Positions 18,460 through 27,480 of a stretch of 32,704 bases of DNA are shown here, piece after piece (position 1 is the first letter of the stretch; each line of letters starts with the position of its first letter). The translations under genes and the position numbers were made by a program. The stretch is from UHGV virus genome UHGV-0173505; one strand, given 5' to 3'. Source of the DNA: a virus. A model generated the notes under the pieces. The model did no database searches, was not told the DNA's origin, and was given only the letters and a program-made list of their open reading frames with translations.

Positions 18460-18853
18460 AGCGGTGCCTTATGTCCGCAATAACCCGGACAAACTGCATC
18501 TGTTTGTGGATAACGGTTCGCTGGTTGCCACGGGGGCCAGCTCCATGTCGTGGGAGTACCGTTACACACTGAACGCGGTGATTGAGGATTTCAGCGGCGA
18601 CCAGAATCTGCTGATGGCCCCGGTTTTGCTGTGGCTGAGGGATAACCAGCCCGATGCCATCAATAACCCGGCGTTACGGGAAAAGCTATTCACCTTTGAG
18701 GTGGATATTCTGCGCAACGATGTCTGTGATATCAGCCTGAACCTGCAACTGACGGAACGTGTGCTGGTCAGCACTGACGGCAGAGTGTCGAGCGTTGAAG
18801 CTATAGCGGAACCTGATGCACCTGAAGAAATGTGGACGGTGAAACGTGGCTGA
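18422..18853 (+). CDS. R: Tail completion protein R
   Basis: Recalled similarity to P2 gpR (LRHAL...NPDKLHLFVDNGS...LTERVLVS); GTG 18422 with AGGAG RBS chosen, no in-frame ATG near the 5' end. Confidence 0.7.
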   Translation: MNKPQSLRHALNKAVPYVRNNPDKLHLFVDNGSLVATGASSMSWEYRYTLNAVIEDFSGDQNLLMAPVLLWLRDNQPDAINNPALREKLFTFEVDILRNDVCDISLNLQLTERVLVSTDGRVSSVEAIAEPDAPEEMWTVKRG

Positions 18854-19292
18854 ACTGCAGAAGGTGGACGACTGGCTGAGTGCCTTGCTGGCGAATCTGG
18901 AACCAGCCTCGAGAAGCCGCATGATGCGCCAGCTGGCGCAGGAACTTCGCCGGACACAGCAGCAGAATATCAGGATGCAGCGCAACCCTGACGGCAGCAG
19001 CTATGAACCGCGACGGGTAACAGCACGCAGTAAAAAAGGCCGTATCAAACGTCAGATGTTTGCAAAGCTGCGCACCACAAAATACCTGAAAACTGCCGCC
19101 AGCACCGACTCTGCCAGCGTGCAGTTTGAAGGCAAGGTGCAGCGCATTGCCCGCGTTCACCATTACGGCCTGCGAGATCGCGTTAGTCGTAAGGGACCGG
19201 AGGTGCGTTACGCAGAGCGTCGCCTTCTGGGTGTAAATGATGATGTTGAGGCAATGACCCGCGACATGATTCTGCAATGGCTGGCGGGGTGA
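18846..19292 (+). CDS. S: Tail completion protein S
   Basis: Recalled P2 gpS-like sequence (LAQELRRTQQQNI...); GTG start overlapping the R stop. Confidence 0.7.
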   Translation: MAELQKVDDWLSALLANLEPASRSRMMRQLAQELRRTQQQNIRMQRNPDGSSYEPRRVTARSKKGRIKRQMFAKLRTTKYLKTAASTDSASVQFEGKVQRIARVHHYGLRDRVSRKGPEVRYAERRLLGVNDDVEAMTRDMILQWLAG

Positions 19293-19295
19293 TCT

Positions 19296-19313
19296 TTGTA
19301 TCAGCACTGATAC
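19296..19313. promoter_or_regulatory. Ogr/Delta-type late-activator site (TGT-N12-ACA) of the V-operon late promoter
   Basis: TGTatcagcactgatACA, a perfect palindrome, 57 bp upstream of the V start codon. Confidence 0.55.
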
Positions 19314-19360
19314 AAGTTGCAGCACTGCCGCCTTTCTTCCCCTGATGGCAACCTTTCCCT

Positions 19361-19939
19361 ATGAACGCACAATTAACCGAAATCATGCGCCTTATCACCA
19401 ACCTGATCCGCACAGGGGTAGTCACCGAAGTGGACAGGGAAAACTGGCTTTGCCGGGTGAAAACGGGCGAGCTTGAAACCAACTGGATCAGCTGGCTGAC
19501 GCTGCGTGCCGGGAATGCCCGTACATGGTGGCGACCATCGGAAGGTGAGCAGGTGGTGCTGCTGAGTCTGGGCGGCAATCTGGAAACCGCCTTTGCGCTG
19601 CCCGCTGTCTATTCGAATCAGTTCGCACCACCGTCGACGTCGGCGGACGCCTGCGTGACAGAACATCCTGACGGTGGCTGGTTTGAATACGAACCCGCCA
19701 CCGGGCGCTGGTATGTCAGGGGCATCAAATCAATGGTCATTGAGGCTGCTGACAACATCACCATGAAAACCAGTGAGTTTGTACTGGAGGCTGACCGCAC
19801 GCGCATTAACAGCGAAGTGGTGATCAATGGTGGCGTTACCCAGGGCGGCGGAGCGATGAGTTCTAACGGGATCGTGGTTGATGCGCATCAGCATACTGGC
19901 GTCCTGAAAGGCGGCGATACAACCGGAGGCCCGGTATGA
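19361..19939 (+). CDS. V: Baseplate spike/hub protein V
   Basis: 192 aa, first gene after the late promoter; P2 order V-W-J-I-H-G. Confidence 0.8.
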   Translation: MNAQLTEIMRLITNLIRTGVVTEVDRENWLCRVKTGELETNWISWLTLRAGNARTWWRPSEGEQVVLLSLGGNLETAFALPAVYSNQFAPPSTSADACVTEHPDGGWFEYEPATGRWYVRGIKSMVIEAADNITMKTSEFVLEADRTRINSEVVINGGVTQGGGAMSSNGIVVDAHQHTGVLKGGDTTGGPV

Positions 19940-20295
19940 CGCTTTATAGCGGGATGAACAATACCAGCGGCAAAGTCATTACTGATATTGATCATCTGCG
20001 CCAGTCGGTGCGGGACATTCTGCTGACACCGCAGGGTAGCCGTATTGCCCGCCGGGAATATGGTTCCCTGCTGTCGGCACTGATAGATCAGCCACAAAAT
20101 CCGGCATTACGCCTGCAGGTCATGTCGGCAGTGTATGTGGCGCTGAGTCGCTGGGAGCCACGGTTGACGCTGGATTCCATCACCATCAACAGCAATTTTG
20201 ACGGTTCAATGGTGGTGGAGCTGACCGGGCGGCGGAATAACGGTGTGCCTGTGTCCCTTTCCGTATCAACAGGAGCAGAGAATGGCAGTGATTGA
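19936..20295 (+). CDS. W: Baseplate wedge protein W (gp25-like)
   Basis: 119 aa; ATGA start/stop overlap with V. Confidence 0.8.
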   Translation: MTLYSGMNNTSGKVITDIDHLRQSVRDILLTPQGSRIARREYGSLLSALIDQPQNPALRLQVMSAVYVALSRWEPRLTLDSITINSNFDGSMVVELTGRRNNGVPVSLSVSTGAENGSD

Positions 20296-21190
20296 CCTTT
20301 CGCAGTTGCCTGCACCGCAGATTGTGGATGTGCCGGACTTTGAGACGCTGCTTGCCGAACGCAAGGCAGAATTTGTGGCGCTTCATCCGAAAGATGAGCA
20401 GGAAGCAGTGATCCGCACGCTGGAACTGGAATCTGAACCCGCCACCAAATTGCTTCAGGAGAACGCTTACCGTGAGTTGCTTCTGCGCCAGCGCATTAAC
20501 GAAGCCGCGCAGGCGGTGATGGTGGCTTACGCGATGGGCGGCGATCTTGACCAGCTCGCTGCCAACTACAACGTGACACGCCTGACGGTGACGCCTGCTG
20601 ATAATGATGCTGTGCCGCCCGTTGCAGCTGTGATGGAAAGCGATGAAGCGTTGCGCCTGCGTGTGCCTGCAGCCTTTGAAGGGCTTTCTGTTGCGGGGCC
20701 AACTGCAGCTTATGAATTTCATGCCCGAAGCGCCGACGGTCGGGTGGCGGATGCCAGTGCAACCAGCCCGGCACCTGCAGAGGTGGTGCTGACTGTCCTT
20801 AGCCGCGAAGGCGATGGAACTGCAGAAAAAGACCTGCTGGACGTGGTGGAAAAAGCTCTGAACAGTGAGAACGTCCGCCCGGTGGCTGACCGTCTTACGG
20901 TTCGCAGCGCAGAAATCATCCCGTATCGCGTGGAAGCCACCATTTTTCTCTATCCTGGACCGGAAGCAGAGCCGGTAATGGCAGCGGCAAAAGCCAGCCT
21001 GCAGAAGTACATCGCCAGTCAGACGCGTCTTGGTCGGGATATTCGCCGTAGCGCCATCTTTGCCGCCCTGCATGTTGAGGGGGTGCAGCGTGTGGAGCTG
21101 GCTTCTCCTCTGGCGGATGTGGTCCTGAACAAAACACAGGCGGCATCATGTACGCAGTGGAGCGTAACCAACGGAGGAACGGATGAATAG
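20282..21190 (+). CDS. J: Baseplate protein J
   Basis: 302 aa from ATG 20282 (MAVIDLSQLP...), the size I recall for P2 gpJ. Confidence 0.8.
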   Translation: MAVIDLSQLPAPQIVDVPDFETLLAERKAEFVALHPKDEQEAVIRTLELESEPATKLLQENAYRELLLRQRINEAAQAVMVAYAMGGDLDQLAANYNVTRLTVTPADNDAVPPVAAVMESDEALRLRVPAAFEGLSVAGPTAAYEFHARSADGRVADASATSPAPAEVVLTVLSREGDGTAEKDLLDVVEKALNSENVRPVADRLTVRSAEIIPYRVEATIFLYPGPEAEPVMAAAKASLQKYIASQTRLGRDIRRSAIFAALHVEGVQRVELASPLADVVLNKTQAASCTQWSVTNGGTDE

Positions 21191-21788
21191 TCTGCTGCCA
21201 CCGGGTTCAACACCACTGGAGCGCCGACTGGCGCAAACCTGCAGCGGGATTTCTGATCTGCAGGTGCCGCTTCGTGACTTGTGGAATCCGGCAACCTGTC
21301 CGGTCAGTTTCCTGCCTTATCTCGCCTGGGCGTTCTCTGTGGATCGCTGGGACGAGGGCTGGACAGAAAGCGTCAAGCGCCAGGTGGTGAAGGATGCTTT
21401 TTATATTCATCAGCATAAAGGGACCACCAGTGCCGTGCGGCGGGTGGTGGAGCCGTTCGGATTCCTGATCCGCATTATTGAGTGGTGGCAGACCGGAGAA
21501 ACACCGGGCACGTTTCGCCTGGATATCGGCGTGCAGGACCAGGGCATCACTGAAGATACCTATCTGGAACTTGAGCGACTGATAAGCGATGCCAAACCAT
21601 GTAGCCGCCACATGATCGGCATGTCCATCAATCTGCAGACCAGCGGCCCGCATTGGGTGGGAGCCGCCAGCTATCTTGGCGAAGAAATCACGATCTATCC
21701 GTATATCAACGAAACGATTATTTCCGGTGGCACCGCGCATGAAGGCGGGGCGGTCCATGTTATTGACACAATGAGAGTGAATCCATGA
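21183..21788 (+). CDS. I: Baseplate / tail-fibre attachment protein I
   Basis: 201 aa between J and H. Confidence 0.75.
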   Translation: MNSLLPPGSTPLERRLAQTCSGISDLQVPLRDLWNPATCPVSFLPYLAWAFSVDRWDEGWTESVKRQVVKDAFYIHQHKGTTSAVRRVVEPFGFLIRIIEWWQTGETPGTFRLDIGVQDQGITEDTYLELERLISDAKPCSRHMIGMSINLQTSGPHWVGAASYLGEEITIYPYINETIISGGTAHEGGAVHVIDTMRVNP

Positions 21789-23299
21789 GCACAAAATTTT
21801 ATACCCTGCTGACGGATATTGGCGCGGCGAAACTTGCCAGCGCCGCCGCGCTCGGTGTGCCGTTAAAAATTACCCATATGGCGGTAGGCGATGGCGGCGG
21901 AACATTGCCAACGCCGGACGCAAGGCAGACAGCATTAGTAAATGAGAAACGCCGGGCTGCGCTGAATATGCTGTACATCGACCCGCAGAACAGCAGCCAG
22001 ATTATTGCTGAACAGGTGATCCCTGAAAACGAGGGCGGTTGGTGGATACGTGAAGTGGGCTTGTTTGATGAGTCCGGGGCATTGATTGCCGTGGGCAACT
22101 GCCCGGAAAGCTATAAGCCGCAACTGGCTGAAGGTAGCGGGCGCACCCAGACCGTGCGCATGGTGCTGATTACCAGCAGCACGGACAATATCATCCTGAA
22201 AATCGACCCTGCTGTAGTGCTGGCAACCCGCAAGTATGTGGATGACAAGGCACTGGAGCTGAAGGTGTACGCGGATGATCAGATGGCAAAACATCTTGCC
22301 GCACCGGACCCGCATTCACAGTACGCGCCAAAAGCCAGCCCGACATTTACCGGAACCCCCAAAGCGCCAACGCCAGCGGCGGGGAATAATACCACGCAGG
22401 TTGCGACCACTGCGTTTGTACAGGCGGCACTGACGGCCCTTATTAATGGTGCGCCAGCCACGCTGGACACGCTGAAAGAAATAGCCGCAGCCATTAACAA
22501 TGATCCGAATTTCAGTACCACCATTAACAATGCGCTGGCACTAAAAGCACCGTTGTCGAGTCCGGCACTCACCGGAACGCCAACAGCCCCCACGGCGGCG
22601 CAGTCGGTCAACAATACACAGATTGCCACTACGGCTTTTGTGAAATCGGCGATTGCAGGAATGGTGGGTTCTGCACCTGCTGCACTGGATACACTGAACG
22701 AACTGGCGGCGGCACTGGGGAATGATCCGAACTTTGCCACGACAATGCTTAATGCGCTGGCAGGTAAACAACCGCTGGACAATACGCTTACCAATTTGAG
22801 TGGAAAGGATGTAGCTGGTCTTCTCACATACCTTGGTTTGGGAGAAGGTTCGGCATTACCCGTTGGTGTGCCTGTTCCGTGGCCTTCAGCCACACCGCCT
22901 ACTGGCTGGCTGAAATGCAACGGTGCGGCTTTTTCTGCTGAAGAATACCCGGAACTGGCAAAGGCTTACCCGACAAATAAATTGCCTGATTTACGCGGTG
23001 AATTTATTCGTGGCTGGGATGACGGACGTGGTGTGGATGCCGGGCGACAATTATTATCTTCACAGGGGGATGCAATAAGAAATATTGAGGGATTCGCAGA
23101 TGGCGGGATCGGCATGTCTTTTGATGCAATCAGAGGGGCTTTTTACGATGCAGGAACACGATCAGCGACAATGGCGAATAACACAACTGCTATAGGCAAA
23201 ACCGATGACCTTGGATTCGACGCCTCTCGTGTCGTGCCAACAGCTAATGAAAACCGTCCACGTAACATCGCCTTTAATTATATTGTGAGGGCTGCATAA
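21785..23299 (+). CDS. H: Tail fibre protein H (constant N-terminal part plus invertible C-terminal variable part, current orientation)
   Basis: 504 aa; C-terminus with the WLKCNGAAFSAEEYPELA...LPDLRGEFIRGWDDGRGVD tail-fibre motif; contains a crossover site at 22821-22846. Confidence 0.85.
   Translation: MSTKFYTLLTDIGAAKLASAAALGVPLKITHMAVGDGGGTLPTPDARQTALVNEKRRAALNMLYIDPQNSSQIIAEQVIPENEGGWWIREVGLFDESGALIAVGNCPESYKPQLAEGSGRTQTVRMVLITSSTDNIILKIDPAVVLATRKYVDDKALELKVYADDQMAKHLAAPDPHSQYAPKASPTFTGTPKAPTPAAGNNTTQVATTAFVQAALTALINGAPATLDTLKEIAAAINNDPNFSTTINNALALKAPLSSPALTGTPTAPTAAQSVNNTQIATTAFVKSAIAGMVGSAPAALDTLNELAAALGNDPNFATTMLNALAGKQPLDNTLTNLSGKDVAGLLTYLGLGEGSALPVGVPVPWPSATPPTGWLKCNGAAFSAEEYPELAKAYPTNKLPDLRGEFIRGWDDGRGVDAGRQLLSSQGDAIRNIEGFADGGIGMSFDAIRGAFYDAGTRSATMANNTTAIGKTDDLGFDASRVVPTANENRPRNIAFNYIVRAA
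22340..22780 (+). repeat. Tandem duplication (two units of about 222 bp / 74 aa) inside tail-fibre gene H
   Basis: ...GTPKAPTPAAGNNTTQVATTAFVQAAL...LDTLKEIAAAINNDPNF... is followed by ...GTPTAPTAAQSVNNTQIATTAFVKSAI...LDTLNELAAALGNDPNF... Confidence 0.6.
22821..22846. promoter_or_regulatory. Left crossover site of the invertible segment (gix/hix-like, TTCTCACATACC-TT-GGTTTGGGAGAA)
   Basis: 26-bp site of 12+2+12 architecture recalled as resembling hix/gix; inner half nearly identical to the inner half of the site at 24636-24661. Confidence 0.65.
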
Positions 23300-23892
23300 T
23301 GAAACCTGTTTTTGATGAAAATGGGCTGGCTACAGTGCCGGGTGATATGCGTTGTTTTTATTATGATGCTGAAACATCTGAGTATACGGGCTGGTCTGAT
23401 GAATATATTAATACTGGCGTAAGTATGCCCGCCTGTTCAACTGGTATTGACCCTGGCGAAAACATTCCGGGAAAAGTGGCTGTATTTACAGGTAAGGGAT
23501 GGAGCCATGAAGAGGACCATCGCAATGAGACTGTTTACTCAATCGAAAATGGCGCAGCTGTTACAGTGGATTATATCGGTGCCATCAAAAACGGTTATGT
23601 CACGCTTTCACCGTTAACGCCATATGATAAATGGGATGGTGAGAAATGGGTGACAGATACTGAGGCACAACACGGTGCCGCAGTAGAAGCGGCAGAAGCT
23701 CAGCGCCAGTCACTGATTGATGCAGCAATGGCTTCCATCAGTCTGATTCAACTGAAATTGCAGGCCGGACGCAAACTGACGCAAACAGAAACAACCCGAC
23801 TAAACATCGTGTTGGATTACATTGACGCGGTGACGGCAACAGACACCAGCACCGCGCCGGATGTCATCTGGCCTGAACTGCCGGAGGCGTAG
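23299..23892 (+). CDS. G: Tail fibre assembly chaperone G (for the current H variant)
   Basis: 197 aa immediately after H; C-terminus ends ...DTSTAPDVIWPELPEA. Confidence 0.75.
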   Translation: MKPVFDENGLATVPGDMRCFYYDAETSEYTGWSDEYINTGVSMPACSTGIDPGENIPGKVAVFTGKGWSHEEDHRNETVYSIENGAAVTVDYIGAIKNGYVTLSPLTPYDKWDGEKWVTDTEAQHGAAVEAAEAQRQSLIDAAMASISLIQLKLQAGRKLTQTETTRLNIVLDYIDAVTATDTSTAPDVIWPELPEA

Positions 23893-24298
23893 GCCATTCA
23901 ATATCTGGAGCACTGGAGGTATCAACCAGTTCCAGTGCGTCCAGATAATCCAGCCACAAATTATATTGCGCCAGTTCCTCACCTTTCAGACGACCAATAG
24001 CCGCTTTACCAGGCCATTGCTTGGTATTCATATATTCGTTGGACTGATTAATCAATTGCTGTTTTTTCAATTCGGCTGCGGCAATCTGTTCCTCATGTGT
24101 TGGTGGTGGAATTTCAGACCATGCAGGAAAACCATTTTCCCCAGCGATACGGATTTTTCCTTTCGGCGGTAATCCGGAAAACTCAATATACACCTGCTCA
24201 TCAACTTCAACAGCATCATCTGGCCATGAATTTACATTGATGTAGTCATCCTTAAGCGCAGGATTCACAAAAATATTTAAAGATGGACTAAAAAACAC
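23864..24298 (-). CDS. Alternative tail fibre assembly chaperone G' (inside the invertible segment, inverted orientation)
   Basis: 144 aa, ATG 24298; C-terminus ...DTSSAPDIEWPTPPAVQAR parallels G; convergent with G, 29-bp 3' overlap. Confidence 0.7.
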   Translation of the reverse strand: MFFSPSLNIFVNPALKDDYINVNSWPDDAVEVDEQVYIEFSGLPPKGKIRIAGENGFPAWSEIPPPTHEEQIAAAELKKQQLINQSNEYMNTKQWPGKAAIGRLKGEELAQYNLWLDYLDALELVDTSSAPDIEWPTPPAVQAR

Positions 24299-24299
24299 A

Positions 24300-24647
24300 T
24301 CACCCTCCTATAGCAACATAACAGCCCGATACAGGATTTGCGGCAGTCGCTACGCTGGAAAAACCACGAAAGCCGCTTTTTGTGATTGCGGAGGCAGATA
24401 GTATTCCGGCACCCGAAGGTGTATGCCCCACGTGGCTGGCAACCATCACGTAGCACGCCGACGGAAAAGCGAAAGGGAAATTGTTTAAATATCCCGCATC
24501 ATCCCCCAGACTTCCCCCAAACTGCCCCACTCCCCACTGGATAATAAGTGGTCTCCGAACGCCAGAAATAATTAATGGAATTGCTACATACCCATTCACC
24601 AACATAGCGCCGGTTGTTGCGCCAGCCAGAGCCAATTCCCCCAAACC
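24300..24647 (-). CDS. Promoterless alternative tail-fibre C-terminal cassette H' (expressed only after inversion fuses it to the constant part of H)
   Basis: Reverse complement from the crossover at 24647 reads in frame with H codons ...TYL/GLGELALAGATTG... for 116 codons to TGA at 24300-24302. Confidence 0.6.
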   Translation of the reverse strand, partial: GLGELALAGATTGAMLVNGYVAIPLIISGVRRPLIIQWGVGQFGGSLGDDAGYLNNFPFAFPSACYVMVASHVGHTPSGAGILSASAITKSGFRGFSSVATAANPVSGCYVAIGG

Positions 24648-24661
24648 AACGTTTAAGAAAA
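24636..24661. promoter_or_regulatory. Right crossover site of the invertible segment (TTCCCCCAAACC-AA-CGTTTAAGAAAA)
   Basis: Inverted copy of the inner half of the left site (GGTTTGGGGGAA vs GGTTTGGGAGAA); about 50 bp upstream of the invertase gene. Confidence 0.6.
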
Positions 24662-24710
24662 TGCAGAGGTAACAGCTAACTGGCATCATCTCCGGTTTTT
24701 ATTCAGGGGG

Positions 24711-25283
24711 ATGATCAGGCTTATTGGCTATGTACGCGTGTCAACAAATGACCAGAACACCGATTTGCAACGTAATGCACTGAACTGCGCGGGATGTGAG
24801 CAGATTTTTGAGGACAAAATCAGTGGCACTAAGTCCGACAGACCGGGGCTGAAAAAACTACTCAGGACACTATCGGCAGGAGACACGCTGGTTGTGTGGA
24901 AGCTGGACAGGTTGGGGCGCAGTATGCGGCATCTTGTTACGCTGATAGAAGAGTTGCGCCAGCGTGGTGTGAATTTCAGAAGCCTGACTGACAGTATTGA
25001 TACCAGTACCCCAATGGGCCGTTTCTTTTTTCATGTCATGGGTGCCCTGGCTGAAATGGAACGCGAACTGATAGTTGAACGTACCAGGGCGGGGCTGGCT
25101 GCAGCCCGTGCTAAAGGCAGAGTAGGTGGACGCCGTCCTAAGTTGACCAGCGAACAGTGGGCACAGATTGGGCGTTTACTCGAGGCCGGAGAATCAAGAC
25201 AGCGTATTGCACTGATTTTTGATGTAGGCGTTTCTACCATTTATCGAAAATTTCCGGCAAATAAGAACAATAAATCTCCCTGA
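24711..25283 (+). CDS. Serine-recombinase DNA invertase (Hin/Gin/Cin/Pin family)
   Basis: 190 aa; N-terminal catalytic motif IGYVRVSTNDQNTDLQ, resolvase core, C-terminal HTH (VGVSTIYRKF). Confidence 0.9.
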   Translation: MIRLIGYVRVSTNDQNTDLQRNALNCAGCEQIFEDKISGTKSDRPGLKKLLRTLSAGDTLVVWKLDRLGRSMRHLVTLIEELRQRGVNFRSLTDSIDTSTPMGRFFFHVMGALAEMERELIVERTRAGLAAARAKGRVGGRRPKLTSEQWAQIGRLLEAGESRQRIALIFDVGVSTIYRKFPANKNNKSP

Positions 25284-25331
25284 ATCAGCTTTATTTTGAT
25301 TATCCCTGAAAGCAGACAAATACCGTCATTT

Positions 25332-25349
25332 TGTGTGAATAACGGTACA
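25332..25349. promoter_or_regulatory. Ogr/Delta-type late-activator site (TGT-N12-ACA) of the FI-operon late promoter
   Basis: TGTgtgaataacggtACA about 86 bp upstream of the FI start; flanks match the P/O site (TTGTGTG...CGGTACAA). Confidence 0.55.
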
Positions 25350-25425
25350 ACTGCGCTTAGCTGTTTGTCAGGCACAATCACTTCAACATAGGGCGAAGCC
25401 TAATCCAATCAGGAGGTTCGCCACT

Positions 25426-26598
25426 ATGGCTCAGGATTACCACCACGGGGTGCGCGTTGTTGAAGTCAACGAAGGCACCCGATCCATTACCACGGTGAGC
25501 ACCGCCATCGTGGGTATGGTCTGCACGGGCGATGATGCCGATGCAAAAATATTTCCTCTTAATAAACCCGTGCTGATCACTGATGTGCTGACTGCCAGCG
25601 GTAAAGCGGGTGAGTCAGGCACGCTGGCTCGTTCGCTGGATGCCATCGCTGACCAGGCAAAACCCGTGACCGTTGTTGTGCGTGTGCCGCAGGGTGAAAC
25701 GGAAGAAGAAACCACGACCAATATCATCGGAGCAGTGACCGCTGAAGGTAAAAAAACAGGCATGAAAGCCCTGTTATCTGCCCAGTCACAGCTCGGCGTT
25801 AAACCGCGCATTCTCGGCGTGCCAGGTCACGACACGAAGGCGGTAGCTACTGAGTTGCTGAGCGTGGCGCAAAGCCTGCGTGGATTTGCTTACCTGTCAG
25901 CGTATGGTTGCAAGACAGTGCAGGAAGCAATCACTTACCGTGAAAACTTCAGTCAGCGTGAAGGAATGCTGATCTGGCCCGACTTTACTGGCTGGGACAC
26001 GGTGCTGAATGCCGAAGCAACGGCTTATGCCACCGCCCGTGCGCTTGGTCTGCGCGCCAAAATTGACGAGCAGACCGGATGGCACAAAAGCCTGTCCAAC
26101 GTGGGCGTTAACGGTGTCACCGGAATTTCTGCTGATGTGTTCTGGGATCTGCAGGACCCGGCAACCGATGCGGGACTGCTGAACCAGAACGACGTCACCA
26201 CCCTTATCCGCAAAGACGGTTTTCGCTTCTGGGGTTCCCGCTGCCTGAGTGATGACCCGCTCTTTGCCTTCGAAAACTACACCCGCACGGCGCAGGTGCT
26301 GACGGACACGATGGCAGAAGCGCACATGTGGGCGGTGGATAAACCGCTGAATCCGTCGCTGGCCCGCGACATTATCGAGGGTATCCGCGCCAAAATGCGC
26401 AGCCTGGTCAGTCAGGGCTATCTCATTGGTGGTGATTGCTGGCTGGATGAGTCGGTGAACGACAAAGACACGCTGAAAGCCGGAAAACTCACCATCGACT
26501 ACGACTACACGCCAGTGCCGCCACTTGAAAACCTGATGCTGCGTCAGCGCATCACCGATCAGTACCTGGTGAATTTCTCCAGCCAGGTCAGCGCGTAA
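25426..26598 (+). CDS. FI: Contractile tail sheath protein FI
   Basis: 390 aa, CAGGAGG RBS; position and size match P2 FI. Confidence 0.85.
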   Translation: MAQDYHHGVRVVEVNEGTRSITTVSTAIVGMVCTGDDADAKIFPLNKPVLITDVLTASGKAGESGTLARSLDAIADQAKPVTVVVRVPQGETEEETTTNIIGAVTAEGKKTGMKALLSAQSQLGVKPRILGVPGHDTKAVATELLSVAQSLRGFAYLSAYGCKTVQEAITYRENFSQREGMLIWPDFTGWDTVLNAEATAYATARALGLRAKIDEQTGWHKSLSNVGVNGVTGISADVFWDLQDPATDAGLLNQNDVTTLIRKDGFRFWGSRCLSDDPLFAFENYTRTAQVLTDTMAEAHMWAVDKPLNPSLARDIIEGIRAKMRSLVSQGYLIGGDCWLDESVNDKDTLKAGKLTIDYDYTPVPPLENLMLRQRITDQYLVNFSSQVSA

Positions 26599-26607
26599 GG
26601 GGACAAC

Positions 26608-27123
26608 ATGGCTTTACCACGCAAATTAAAACACCTGAACCTGTTTAATGACGGGAACAACTGGCAGGGGATCGTTGAGTCGCTGACGCTGCCGAAATTT
26701 ACCCGCAAATATGAGAAGTATCGCGGCGGCGGAATGCCGGGTGCGGTGGATGTGGATCTGGGGCTTGATGACAGTGCGCTGGACACAGAATTTTCCATTG
26801 GTGGTACTGAATTGCTGCTGTTTAAACAGATGGGTAAAGCCACGGTGGATGGCATCCAGCTGCGCTTTACCGGCTCTATTCAGCGTGACGATACCGGGGA
26901 AGTGCAGGCCGTGGAGCTTGTCGTGCGTGGACGTCACAAAGAAGTGGATTCCGGCGAGTGGAAGACGGGCGAAAGCAACACCACCAAAGTGACCAGTACC
27001 AACAGCTACGCGAAGCTGACCATCAATGGTGAGGTGCTCTATGAAGTGGACCTTATCAACATGGTGGAAATTGTGGACGGTGTGGACCTGATGGAAGCGC
27101 ACCGCAACGCCCTCGGCCTCTGA
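26608..27123 (+). CDS. FII: Tail tube protein FII
   Basis: 171 aa immediately after the sheath gene. Confidence 0.8.
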   Translation: MALPRKLKHLNLFNDGNNWQGIVESLTLPKFTRKYEKYRGGGMPGAVDVDLGLDDSALDTEFSIGGTELLLFKQMGKATVDGIQLRFTGSIQRDDTGEVQAVELVVRGRHKEVDSGEWKTGESNTTKVTSTNSYAKLTINGEVLYEVDLINMVEIVDGVDLMEAHRNALGL

Positions 27124-27177
27124 TATATCTGAACGGCGCGGGATACCGCGCCAGAACCCAATTGACAGGACAGCAAA

Positions 27178-27480
27178 ATGAGCGATAAGCAGACTGAAAA
27201 GACCATTCAACTGGATACCCCCATCAAGCGCGGTAAAACAGAAATCACCGAAATTGTGCTGCGTAAACCGCAGTCCGGTGCGCTGCGCGGTACACGCCTG
27301 CAGGCCATTATGGATATGGATGTAAACGCGATGATGATCGTGATCCCCCGCATCTCCAGTCCGGCACTGACTGCACAGGAAATTGCAGAGATGGACCCGG
27401 CAGATCTCACTGCCATGTCGGTTGAGGTTGTCACTTTTTTGTTGAAGAAGTCGGTGCTTGCCGGTTTACCGACAGCCTGA
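27178..27480 (+). CDS. E: Tail assembly chaperone E (zero-frame product)
   Basis: 100 aa between tube and tape-measure genes; contains slippery TTTTTTG near the 3' end. Confidence 0.75.
   Translation: MSDKQTEKTIQLDTPIKRGKTEITEIVLRKPQSGALRGTRLQAIMDMDVNAMMIVIPRISSPALTAQEIAEMDPADLTAMSVEVVTFLLKKSVLAGLPTA

Noticed and set aside
20186-21073. 295-aa minus-strand ORF
   Set aside because: Antisense to baseplate gene J; Cys/His/Arg-rich composition with no start context; mirror ORF.
22279-22920. 213-aa minus-strand ORF
   Set aside because: Antisense to the repeat-containing shaft of tail-fibre gene H; Ala-rich mirror translation.
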